From contig CM119378.1 of assembly GCA_051294905.1 (NCBI GenBank), forward strand, positions 7,130,001 to 7,194,000: DNA of 64,000 bases. Reading direction: 5' to 3'. Below, piece after piece: positions 1-12,600 of this stretch (within the stretch, counting starts at the first letter, position 1; the number at the start of each line of letters is the position of its first letter). Both the position numbers and the translations under genes were made by a program. The DNA comes from Botryllus schlosseri (taxonomy: Eukaryota). Below the pieces are notes generated by a model that was not told the origin of the DNA, did not search any database, and was given only the letters and a program-made list of their open reading frames with translations.

Positions 1-621
1 ATTTACGCCGTAGATGCGTTCGGGCAGCGAACCAGGCAACTATATAGGCGCACCCCACATACGTACCGTCACATATACGGGGAACAAGATTATTCGGGCT
101 TTGAGCGTCCACGCGTCTGTGACGTCACACTGTCTTGCTCAAAAATTGCCTACTTGCAGAACTTAATCAAGTGGTAATGCTTTTAGGTAAAACCGCTCAC
201 TATATTTACCATTTGCACTTTTCAAAGTAGAAAGTAGTTCTGGGATAAGTTTTCATCATTTTTTGAGTAAAATTGTCAAAACAGCCGCGCGAAATAGCTC
301 CGGTATCACGGTAGCTGATTATATTGTCGGAGATTCCAATTACGTGCACCATAATTAATAGGTTTGCGCTAGTCGCGAAGATAAATCGACCAATTTTGTA
401 GGTAGTCACCTACGACAACTACTATGTGACTTCTCGACCGACTTTGCTTGAGTAATTAGCAGACTTTTCATTTTCTACTGCCACTTGAAACAGTTTTGGC
501 CTGTCTTAGAAATTGCTATTTTTCTTGTAATTGACTAGAGTACTACACATTTGCTGCGTTACTTCTAATTCTAATTGAGTAACAAGGCAACGCCAACTAC
601 TTTGATCAACACTTCATATAC

Positions 622-3600
622 CCCGGTAAATACTGCATGAATCCATATTACCACGCATTTTCGGAACATATCCTTTGTTGCCTCTAAATTTTCATACTGG
701 CCACGGTTATGTGTACTGTGTGTACGCATTCTATTCAAGAATATCTGGCTTTTGGAGAAGGGGTGACGCGACAAACACTAACCCATACGCTTGGGCAAGG
801 CTCTCCGGAGAAAAACGTCCAACGATTTAGCGTAACCGTGCATATTTCCCGGCAGATTTATGGATTTTGGTGCGTCGACGGGCCAGACGAAGTTACTGAA
901 TATCTTCCAAGCGTCCAGCGCTTCCACGTTGCAGTCCAGTGCATCTGTTCGAATATATACTGGCGGTTTTTATGATGGAATATCATCTATTCAAAAGCAA
1001 GACTTAATAAAGATCCGTGATCTATGTCAAGGTAGTCAGGAAGTCAGAAACGCTACGCAAATAAGTCGCAGTAATGGCATAAATTTCTACTCAAGTATAT
1101 ACAAGTATGCTTACATGCTAAAACTACTTAAGTAGAAATATAAAAGGAATGATTTGACTCGTAATCAAGCAAGTATTTGAAGAGCTTCTTGGAGGTACAG
1201 AACTTCAATATACAACGGCATCAGTCACGATTTACTGCTAAGAGGCTGACACTCGTCAGGGGTAATCGTGAGCAACTATTAGAGAATTGGAAATAACATT
1301 TTATATCAACAATCGTACCACAAAATAGTATATTCAACGCTCTCATATTCGAAATTTGATGCTAGTGACGTCATATTTTGTGATACGATTGTTGATATAT
1401 AATGTTCTTTCCAATTCTCTACTAGTTGCTGACGATTACCCCTGACGAGTGTCAGCCGAAAATATTCGGGTTCATTTCAATATGAATATACTATTCAATT
1501 ATACATCAAACAAGTACCGTATCTGTAAAAAGTAAATTTGCTTTGAAGTTGTCTCACACTTCTAGTAGTAAATCGTGACTGATACCACTATGAATTTTCT
1601 AAAATTATTCTTTATTTCGGTACCATCATACACGAGCTATGATACGATATCATAATTTGATAAAATTCTCTCACGAAAATAATAGAAACCAATTTCAAAA
1701 CTACTTTCTACTTTACAAACTCCCAAGTCCAAAAGATGAGTAGTAAAAACGAAAGTGATCAAAGACAAAACCACTTGAGTAAGTGGTACAAGTATAGGCA
1801 AAACCTACTTGAGTACTCGAAAAAAGTAGAGATACTCCGTTACTAACCACCTCTGTGTGTGGTAGTATGCGTTATTGAGTCAACTGACCTGAATTAGCGC
1901 GAACCACGCTTCCATCTGGTACGGCACCGGCCGCAGTCGGTTCGTTTTGCTCCGACAAATGCTCCAGAGTGATCCACAAGTCGTACGAGTTTCTAGCGCT
2001 TCTATCCCCCTTTCTAACACGGTAATACGGAATGAATGTAGATACTAATGCCTTTGTGAACAAAAGCGGACATACTCGATTAAATATTGCCGAAACGGAC
2101 ATCCTGCGTCTGGTTCCGAATCGAGGGCTTTCAGTAGCAAATGATGAGCAGCAGACTTGGCCGACATGGCTCTGATACGAGCCGTGGACGGCCTTTCGGC
2201 GGGCGCTTGCTGCCCTGATCCGACGGTCTACATATTAAACATCTATCTTTCTATTTGCCAGCGAGAGGTGAATTGCAGACTACTTCTATACAGCAGATAA
2301 AGGACATCAGACATCGACGCGCTTGAACTCGAATTTAAACAGGCTTGTGAACTTAAACGTGATATCAGTGATCTCGTGGCAATAGTATATCGCAAATGAC
2401 TTTCAAACCTTCGCTCACACTCACGTTCAAGTTCAAACTAGAGGTCGACCGAAATTGATTCTTGCAGGCCGATACCGATACCGATTATCGACAAACTAAC
2501 AAGGCCGATAACCGGTATCACAGGCGGGTATTAATATGGAAGGAGCAGAGAACCATTTCGCCAAAAATATTGTGTATTAGGCAAGATGGCACTTGTACAT
2601 GCCACAGAAAGCAGAGCAACAAACGAGAAAACTGAAATAAAAAAGAATTATTGCTTAATTGTGCTCATTCATTGAAATTTGGGATATCCCAAAAATTAAA
2701 ACGTGATACGGAATCGCAGATCAGCCAAGTAGAGGTAGATTGTAATGCAGTAAGCATACTTTCGCTGTATGCTCACCCAGTTACACTCGTCCTGCAAGGG
2801 TGTATCTGTCACGTATCGCCATTTGCGTTGTCGATTTTTTGAGATTAAGTACACGGAGCATTGAATTTCCAATATTTTTTAATCAACAATCGGGGAAGTT
2901 CCAAATATCGGCCTGGATAATCGACCAAGTCGATATTCGGTCCACCTCTAGTTCAAACACGTTGGTATCAGAGGAGTTCAAAGTAGTCATCGTTGGTGCT
3001 CAGGTATAAGTAGAAGTAACGTTGTATATTTGTGCTCCGGTACAAATATAAACGGCGATTTCCAGATAAGTAAAAAGTAAGTATGCTCCAGGCATATCTT
3101 TGCATGAAAAATGAAAACTGTAGAAGTAGCAGTTGAAGCAATCTAAAATCGCTACCATGTGTACCACATACCCAATTAGCAATGTTTATCGACTGCTTCC
3201 ACTTCTGCGCGACAGTTTCTCGGCCTAAACTACTTGATTTTCGCATCTTCGATTTTGCAAAGTATAAAATAGTTTTGCGTTCCCCTCACATCACTTTTGT
3301 GGGAGAAATTGTCATGACAACTGGGTCGAGAAGACCCACCCTGCAACTTCGAAAGTGCCTCACTTCGAACCGCTGAAAGTTTGCAAGATCTCGATCACAA
3401 CTTTTTGAAACTAGTCACTTCGATACTGTTCAGAGCTTCATTTTCTACTTCTAAATCATCATCATTAACACCAAACATACCATTTACAATTAAATTTTGG
3501 GCAACGCCGAGACCACAGCAAAACAAAAGAATCAAACCTCCAGCGGGCGCACTGTGGGCTCGCCGTCCTCGCTGCGACTCTTGTCGAGATGAACTCCCGG

Positions 3601-6600
3601 CACGAAATGTCCGATCGTCAACAACGGAAGGAAAGTGTGCCTTTTATCCGACAACTTCTCAACCGCGAAGGTATCTCTGTCCCACGATCCTGGTACGGAA
3701 AGAGGTGGTCAGTAACGAAGTGCTAGTACTTTTCCAGTGTATACAAGAAGGTTTTGTTAGCTTGCACTGATTACTCAACTGGTTATGTTTTAGACCACTT
3801 TACCATATATCCTACAACGGTTTTGTGGGAAAAACATATTTGAGTTTTTAAAGTAGAAGAAATTGTTAAGGGATAAGTTTCATCACTTTTATCAGTGGAA
3901 TTATCGCAAGAACCGCGTGGAATACCTGCCATATCACGGTAACTCAAGGTATTTACGAAGATTGCTTCTATTTGTATTGTCATTCATTATTTTGCGTTGG
4001 TCGCGAAGATACCTCTATAACGGAATATATTTTGGTAATTATCTTGGTAATTATGATTTACACATAATCACCAAGTCCATGTATTATTTTGAAACATGAT
4101 ACAGGAAATGAAATATATAATTGTAACGCCGTTGTGGTTATCAGTCATCACATATAGTATCTCGAAACATTATACAGGAAATGACAACCCGACACGACGT
4201 GATATGATAATATGTACGTATGGTGTGAAATATCGATAGGAAGGAATAAGTATATACAATATCAATGTGTGTGATACAACATAAAAATATGTATTCTTTC
4301 AACATTACATTTTGGAACGATTCATCTACCCTTATATGTTCTACTTCCCCTTGAAGTAGTTTCGACATGCCTTGGAAATAGCCAACTCTACTTGTGATTG
4401 AGTAGATGTAGTTGCGGTCGAATCAAAGAAGCTTATGTCCATTTTTCAAATTTATGGAAAATAAAGTTTCTGTAAAACTTTCATTTTTCCAGCCATATCT
4501 TGACCGTGTTTATTTGATCACATGATTTCCAAGTCAATCATGGACGATATAAGGCAGAAAAAAGTTGAATACTATATACAGAAAGTTAATTTTCTCAAAA
4601 TGTGTGAAATAAACATAAGCTATACTTTGTTTCCCAGCGACGTTACTCGTACTTCTACTTAAATAGCAGCGCCGACTACCTCAGCGGTTCTCAACCGGGG
4701 GTCCACGAAGTCTCTAAATTTGCAAAATGGTTAATAACCTAATTTGCATTTCTTTAAATTAGTGAAATCACGAGGCAGTTTCCCTTCGTCGCTGCTAAAA
4801 CTTCAGGACTCACATCAACAGAATGGACATTTTGTTGGGTTTGTGGTAAAATACAAAAGTCGCAGTCTTGTAGGTCAATCACGGTGACTTGGCCTAGGCC
4901 AAGGTGGGTGTCTGATTCCATAGACAACTCCTAGTCGCTTCGACATCTTCCTTTCTTTTCATTGTATCGCATTTTTGTGGTGTATTGAACTGATAAAATT
5001 GCTAATAAACCAATAATGATGATGATGATGATGATGATGGAAATGCTTGCACAACCTATTTTCTCCTATGTTATATATAACCAATATTCCGGAATAACTT
5101 ATAAAAGATAAACTGCTTGATAGAAACGACTATAGGCTAAACGTTGTATGTTCATTAAAAAATATCTTTCTCAATTTTGATGCCATATATGTTGAGATCA
5201 TACCCAAATGTCTCGTCGGTAGCGTTACGTGTCATTATTATATTCGTCATCACATATATCGACGGAAATGGATTTTCGGCACCCGTTCATATCAAATCGA
5301 AGACGCAGATTTTCGAGACACAATCACGTATTTCAAGAAAGGCCTTTACACTGCTACAGAAAACGCTTTCAAATGAAAGTCTACCCAATGTCTATATAAA
5401 TAGTATGATGTTATTTTGAAGAAAAGATATTTTGCTGCTGTTTATCACTAGCCTACAGTTAATATTTTCACAAGACATATGACGGTTGCACGATAATTGG
5501 GCTAGATTTGGCCTACAACTTTGGGGGTCCGCGGGCGTCCGTGACAGTCCAAAAGGGGTCCGTGAAGACAAAAAGGTTGAGAACCACTGGACTACCTGTT
5601 CTTGGTGCGAGTAGCAAGCATCGGAATTGTGGCAAGTTCTCCCCTTTAATATAATAGCAGACCGGCAGGTTATAGCTTTTACCTGTGGAGAGCCGTTTCT
5701 CGAAGTCAGCTCTGGTGCTGCAATGCACGATGTATCTCGGCAGCCAGTAGGACCGTAACCTACGGAGCGCGTCATACTGAGTCCGCCCAAAAACGTGACA
5801 CGTCAGTCCCAAGTTGCTCTAAACAACAAGACAACTTCAGAAATTATACCTCTTCGCATATGTACTGGCACCGAATAGTCCCGCACATAACAAATGTTTA
5901 CTGGGGATCAGAAAACCTCTCTCTAAACTAAATTATTGGGAATTCATTTGGAATATCGGTTTGTGATGAGCTGGCGTCCTTTTCATGAGTGGAAATGTCA
6001 TAAGAAACGCAAGAAAAGTTAACGTAATACGGTAACTGAATGTATTTTCGTAGATTATACCTACTTGTAGCGTCTTACAGTCATGTATCACTTTATGTGA
6101 TATCACAGAACTAGCTTCTACTTTACAATATCCAAAATGTATAGAGTAAGTAAATAGGGATGGTGTGAACCTCTAAAAGGTTCTGGTTCGTGTGAACGCG
6201 AACCTTTTTGAAAGGTTCTGTGTGAACACGAACGTGAACCTCATGACGTCACGGGACGTCATATTGCTAATTCCAACCTATCCTTCAATGAAATGATAGC
6301 CTATATTAATGTACACGATACCTAGCGACGATTTGGGCAGCATTACGTCACAATGCTGAAATACATATTGACGTTTTAAACGTCGCCAAATGTATTAACT
6401 GGGGCAATCAAATGATATAATAATCTCATAAAATCAATATCTTCCGTCGCTTTGCCAACAATTTTGACGAGGACTTACCAGGGAATATAAGGGAAGGAAA
6501 GGACGTAGTTTATTTTTGTCTTTGATGTTCTTGCGGCATACACACCGACTCATGATATACATACACACGATCTGCGTATATGCATACCATGAGTAGGCTA

Positions 6601-9600
6601 CATGATGTGCATATGCCGTCGGGCAAGGAAGATGCAGATTATAGCCTTGTAGCAGGGTTGGGATGACTCGAGTCATGACTTGACTCAAGTCAGACTCGAG
6701 TCACCTTTTTCGTATGACGGATCGGAAAATGTATTCGGCGTCTGAGTATTGCTACATTGATATTGAGCAGAGTGTGAAACGGGTTTCTATACTTGCTCTC
6801 GATATTACCCCGTTAACTAGTTATACAGCAGTAGCCAACGCCTCAATCGCACCGATTTGGTTTTAATGATCCAGTAACATCATATGAAGTAAAGATTGAC
6901 CCCGCATACGCCTGCTAGATTGATTAGTGGAATAAGCATCATTCGCTGACTAGGCCTACGTAGCTTATTTCGATCGTGATGTTTTGTGATTGTGGGTCAA
7001 GCTCGCAGCAGAGAGTCATTAAATATTTACAAACGGAAAGTTGGATATTTCGAGCAAACTTTTGCAACAAAGCAAGTAAAACTTTTGAGATTGTCAAGGT
7101 ACATGCTCGTTTAGTTATGATTTTTTATGTCTATAGCGCCATGCATATAGAGTGGCCAGCAGTTGAAATGCAATAAGTTTGAACCAACGATGTTGTAATG
7201 AAGTGAAAATTGTAGTATATGAAAAAGGTTCACAGTGCAGAACCTACCAAGGTTCTGTTGTGAACGCGAACCTCTAAATTTCCTAGGTTCACACACAGAA
7301 CGCGAACGTGAACCTCACGTTCACACCATCCCTAGTAAGTATAGCTTTGACTAAAATATTTTCAAGCAGTAGTTGAAGTAGTACGAAAACGCAACCACTT
7401 AAGTAAGTGACGCAAGTAGAAAAAATCCAGTATTCCGAAAAAGAATTGTTATTAAATTACTATTGTAAAAAGTCTTAGTGGCCATGGTATTGTTATAATT
7501 TACCTTGGAACTTAATTTAGCTTGTACAATACGGAATTCCGAACAAGAAGAAGCACACCCTTACTGACCGCCTCTTCACTTGCTGCATCATAAGACTCAC
7601 CTGAGCTTCGCGTATCTGATCGCTCGCGTCCTCTGTGAGAGAGAACTTGTGTCTCTCTAGAATATCACGAAACAAGCGATGTCTCCACGCCAGCACGGTG
7701 CCCTCGTCCGTAGCGGACGACCATCCCGACACGGTTGACACTACGTCATCATGATTCTTGCTAGAGTCGATGTCGTGTTCACTGCGTATGTAGATACAGG
7801 TATACATAGACAGTTAGAGTCGAAAGGCAGATTCGATGTGCGAAGTAATCGCCATATGTGGTCAAAATAGTCAACATTGGTACTGCAGAACTCTAATATG
7901 TCATCGACAAAATGACCACGCAATATAAGGTTTGATTCAAAAATAAGTCTGGAACCTAATTAAGTCCATGTTCAGATAAAATGTCAAATTTGACGAGAAA
8001 TGACTTGGAAAAATACATAAATTTGAAACTCAAAATGTATCTAAACATTGGAATAGCCTATAGTTTTGCAAAAATCGAACATCCAACGCTATTTCGTGAT
8101 CAGTCTATCACTTGTAATAGCACCTAAATAAAGAGTTTTTCAGCTTCTACATATACGCACCTGGAGCGTTCCAAGGCGTCCTTGAACGCCTCCGCGTCGA
8201 TCCAAAACGATATCAATCCAATCCCACCGGTTTCGCTCATAAAATTTAGAAAGCTGTCCATACCTTCTTTCTGCGGTATTGAAATTTTCAGCGGGTTACT
8301 AAACGTGTTTCGAAGATAGCACTAGCATTATTAATTTTACGTTATTCGCTAAATATATCTTACCAGTTCGAAAGTATGCTATAGCCACCGCCAACTACCT
8401 TCTAAATGTGAGGCACCGCTCGACCGAATCTACTTTTTTTAAAGGCGGAGATCATAAAGTTGATTGATCCTAGGCAATCTTAATCATGTGATTAAAAACA
8501 GCTAATCGGGACGCATTTCAGGCGGAGTAATAAAGTTTGCTGAACCGGAAGAATGCTAATCGTGTGATTAAAAACTGCTAATCGCGACACATAAAGTTGG
8601 AAAAGATTACGCGCGATGATTACTCGAAGTGTCCCGAGTTTTCAATCAAGTGTTGTTCAGGGATATCTAGATATCCCTAGATATCCCTGGTGTTGTTGTC
8701 TGTTGCATCATAATGCGAAAACGCGTTCTTGGCCGTCAGTTGCCAATTAGTTGAATGAAATGGAATCCTGCTGAAAATGAATCTGCGACTATGATAGGTA
8801 GAATTATCACCGTCGCGAAATGAAAATAGTGTGTAATCAGTTCGGTACAGTGAAGAAACGGTTATAGAATATCGATATCGCTCAGCAATGGTGGGCACAT
8901 AATTCGTTGATTGTTTAGTGAAGTCATTACCTAGGAGACAATCGCCAGGTCATTATCGGAAATATTTGCGCCTAGGAATGGTACGCAGTGTACGCAGTTT
9001 TACAGATAACTAGTTCTGTATAGTTTGTTCTGGTTTGTTTAATAGTGAGATTAAAACTAACTTATTGCGCTGCGATCAACCGGTTTCCTTAACACTAGGG
9101 TTGTTCCTGATGACCACGATAATCGACTTTATTGATCGTCCAACTTTAAGATCTCCGCCCTAAAACGACTTACCTGGTATTTTCCATACCTACATTTTCT
9201 ACTTCCGCTTGAAGTAGTTGTCTTGGAAGTTGTAAATCACGAATTATACTTGCATTTGAGCGCAATTTACGGCGTTATAGTCTTACTTAAACTTAATTAC
9301 CTTACCAACTCTGAATACTTTGACCACCTCCGCGTAATACGCTCGATTGAATTTATATTTATATTTTTTTCGCACCATGAGACGATACAGAGTATGCACT
9401 TAGTGTGTACTCACACCCCAGAGACCGAAAAGGATGGTACTCGGAAATGGAGCCTAAATCAGAATTATATCGTGGTTCTAAATCCTACTTGCATACCTTC
9501 CTATACGTGCATACATAATTTAGATTAAAATGTTGTATTCGATTTATACCGCGGTATAAGTCTGAGGTAGGTTCTGGTTTCGTCTGTCATGGCTGTAGTG

Positions 9601-12600
9601 TATATTTACACTCGTATATCAGGGGTGGTACACGCGTGGAAATACACACACACTTTTCGTCAAGAGTATACTAAGCAAATCGAATAATTATATCTAACAA
9701 TGAACTATTGTTTTTCTCTATCAATTTCTCCATCACTGTACTAGACCTAGAAAACTTACTGTTTTACTTACTTTAAAATCGCTACTTCTACTTGTAGTTG
9801 AAACGGTAGAATGTATACGAGTGTATACCAGTACTAACGGTGACTGGTTTGTCCACTCTGCAAGTCACCAACTCACCGTGCCCAACAAGCGGTCCTTGAT
9901 GTGCTGCAATTTCATCTGGTGTACTTTTTGAATCGATTCTATTTCCACTTCGGTTTCGTCGCAAGAAGACTCGCGGTCGTCGAACTCGAGAAAGTCGTCC
10001 ACGTCCTCTATGTCGTCGTCGTCCGCCATTGTCTCGAAGTCGGCGTCGTAGACGGAGCTTTCCGGGCGCCGGTTTTTTGAAGTCGCGTCGCTACTGTCGG
10101 GCATTCTATCGGCAGATATTAACGGAGATTAAATATGAATCCCGTTCCGCACTTAACATACAACCCACGGAAACAGTGAAAATCTGGTTGCAAAAAAATT
10201 TTATACCCAAAATGCCTCAATTTCGCCAGTATCTCAAAAACGGTTTTAGCCACAACTAAACTAATACGCGCGTAACTCTGAAAGTTATTCAAGCTGATGG
10301 CAGAAACTTAACATTCAACCCACGGGAGCATAGAATGAAGTTGGTTGCAAAAAAATTGCATACCCAAAATCCCTTAATATCGCCAATATCTCCAATACGA
10401 CTTTAGCCAAAACTAAATGAATGCACGCGTTTGATGTAACTCTGAGCTGATACCCGAAACTTAAATGCGCGCTAAATATGAAGTGATCTCAAATTAACGG
10501 TGATAGCGAGGAAAACATTTTGGTAGCACCCAGAAAGCCACCGTGTTCAAACTGCATCAAACAAATGTTTACGAAAAGTACTATTCCGATCCATCTATCA
10601 GTGTGGTATCGAGGTCACGCGCAATCGCTAATCAAGCCTTTATGAAATTTCTGGCATGCACTTCTTCACTGATCAACAGTTGCTGTAATGCTGTTACACA
10701 TCAGTCGATGGAATGTGGCAACTCTGTTTTACGATCAAGTTTAGTTACGGTAAGTTTAGTGTAGGCGTATAGCATTAGTGGTAAGCTTGGATTAGCTACA
10801 ACTTAGATTAGCATGATTTGGAAGTGGATTCCAGACGAGGAAAATACCGTCATACATTTCGCAACAAACATCCTCACCCCACTGATGTTTTATTTCCTGA
10901 TCCTGGCAAAATGATTGTCGCTCTGTGCGGTTTGCTGGGCGTATCGGCCGTTCTCATGGCGCTTTTGCCTTCGTAGCGAGTCCCTGGAAACATGACATAT
11001 CCCGGTTTAGTCTTTATAGTCCAGACGGTCGCTAGTTATAACATATATATAGGCCAATAAGGTGTGAATAAGACTGCTCAGCAGTGAAATGAAGTCTCTG
11101 GTCACCGTGGCATCATTCACGTACTGAAAATTAAAATATAATTCAAAGTTATGACGAGACTTCTTCAAGGGGAGTAGAAAATGAAAAGCCTGAAAAGTAG
11201 TGTCAAAAAGTATATTCTGTCGAGGGGTCACATACTGTAGCAGTTAACCGGAGGTGGCTAATTTCGAAATTGCAAGACGTATCTTCGCGACTACCGGTAA
11301 CCCAAAATGACTAACGTCACTACAAATGGGAAGAATATTGAAATATTTTCAGCTACCGTAACGACAATTTGACTCATATTTATCCGAACATTTATCCGAA
11401 AGCTACTTTTTACCCAATCAAACATGCTTCCAAAAGTTGCTTATGAAGTGGAAATAGTCTATTAACACAACGAATTGAGTATGTAGTGCAGTGGTTCCTT
11501 AACTTTTTTGGCTTGTTGCACACTCGAAAAATTATAAAACCCTCGCGTTACACTTGCAAAAAACTTTCTCTTTGAAAAAGAATCGTAGTGATGCGATGGC
11601 TATGCTTATTTATGCGAGCATACGACTGAACACTGAACAGCGACTGACACGATGCTGCATTGTTGACAAACATATACATGCATTTCGTCGTCAATTCCAA
11701 GCAGTGTCTATCTATATACAGCTTTTAATTCCAGTCAAAACAAAGAAATCTATGTTCACATAGTCATGGAAATGCACTAACTAATGGACTAACTACCCAT
11801 CTAAAGTTGAGAACAACAAATCCCGCATTGAACGTTGAAGTATTGGCGGTGTGCTCATGTTTTGTCGAGTAATTTGGTGATTCATCAGGAGCGTAGAACG
11901 AATTAAAGACTTTCTTCGACACAGAGCAGCCTAATTATGACGATTGCAAATACCCAACTCGTTCTCAATACCGTGATTGGTTCCATTGCAATGGTCACAT
12001 ATGCTTATTATTCACCTATGAAGCAGTCAGATCGCTTTCAAGTCGCATATGCTAGCCTGCATGCCTGATTTTGAAAAATTATCTTTTCCAATATTACAAA
12101 ACGATTCGCAGCACACTTGAGAATCTGTGGTGGCACACAGTTTAGGAATCACTGAAGCAGTGGGAAGAGGCAAACCCTACTTGAGTATTCAAATGTAGTA
12201 GAAGTACCTCGTTACTGACCACAGCTGGTAGATGTTCGGATACCATGCACCGCACAACACAGCGTAAGATGAACCCGTAGTAAAAGCAACGGTCAGTGTT
12301 ACGAAGATCAAACCTTACCCGAGTGCATGGTGGGAGTCGAAGTGCCGGACAGCTGCCCGCTGCCGGGAAACGAAGACGCGTTTGTCAGCGCCGTGTGCGT
12401 CCGCGTGCTGTATTCGCTCTCCCAACGCGATCCCACGCCTAGCGTGTCCGCTCTCGTGCCGATATTGCGAGTCTTGGCACTTGTGCCTGAGTGGAAGAGC
12501 AGATGGTCAATTATTTGATTAACGGCGGTCCATGTTTGGAAGGGAAAGTTTTGGTTTGAAAATTAAACCTGTCGGTAGTATTTGCGCGAGGTCTATTTAT

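Noticed and set aside
2765-2870. Candidate RGS22-like exon ending DECNW|GTGAGC
   Set aside because: An in-frame stop lies upstream with no usable acceptor AG between; flanking exons join in phase without it.
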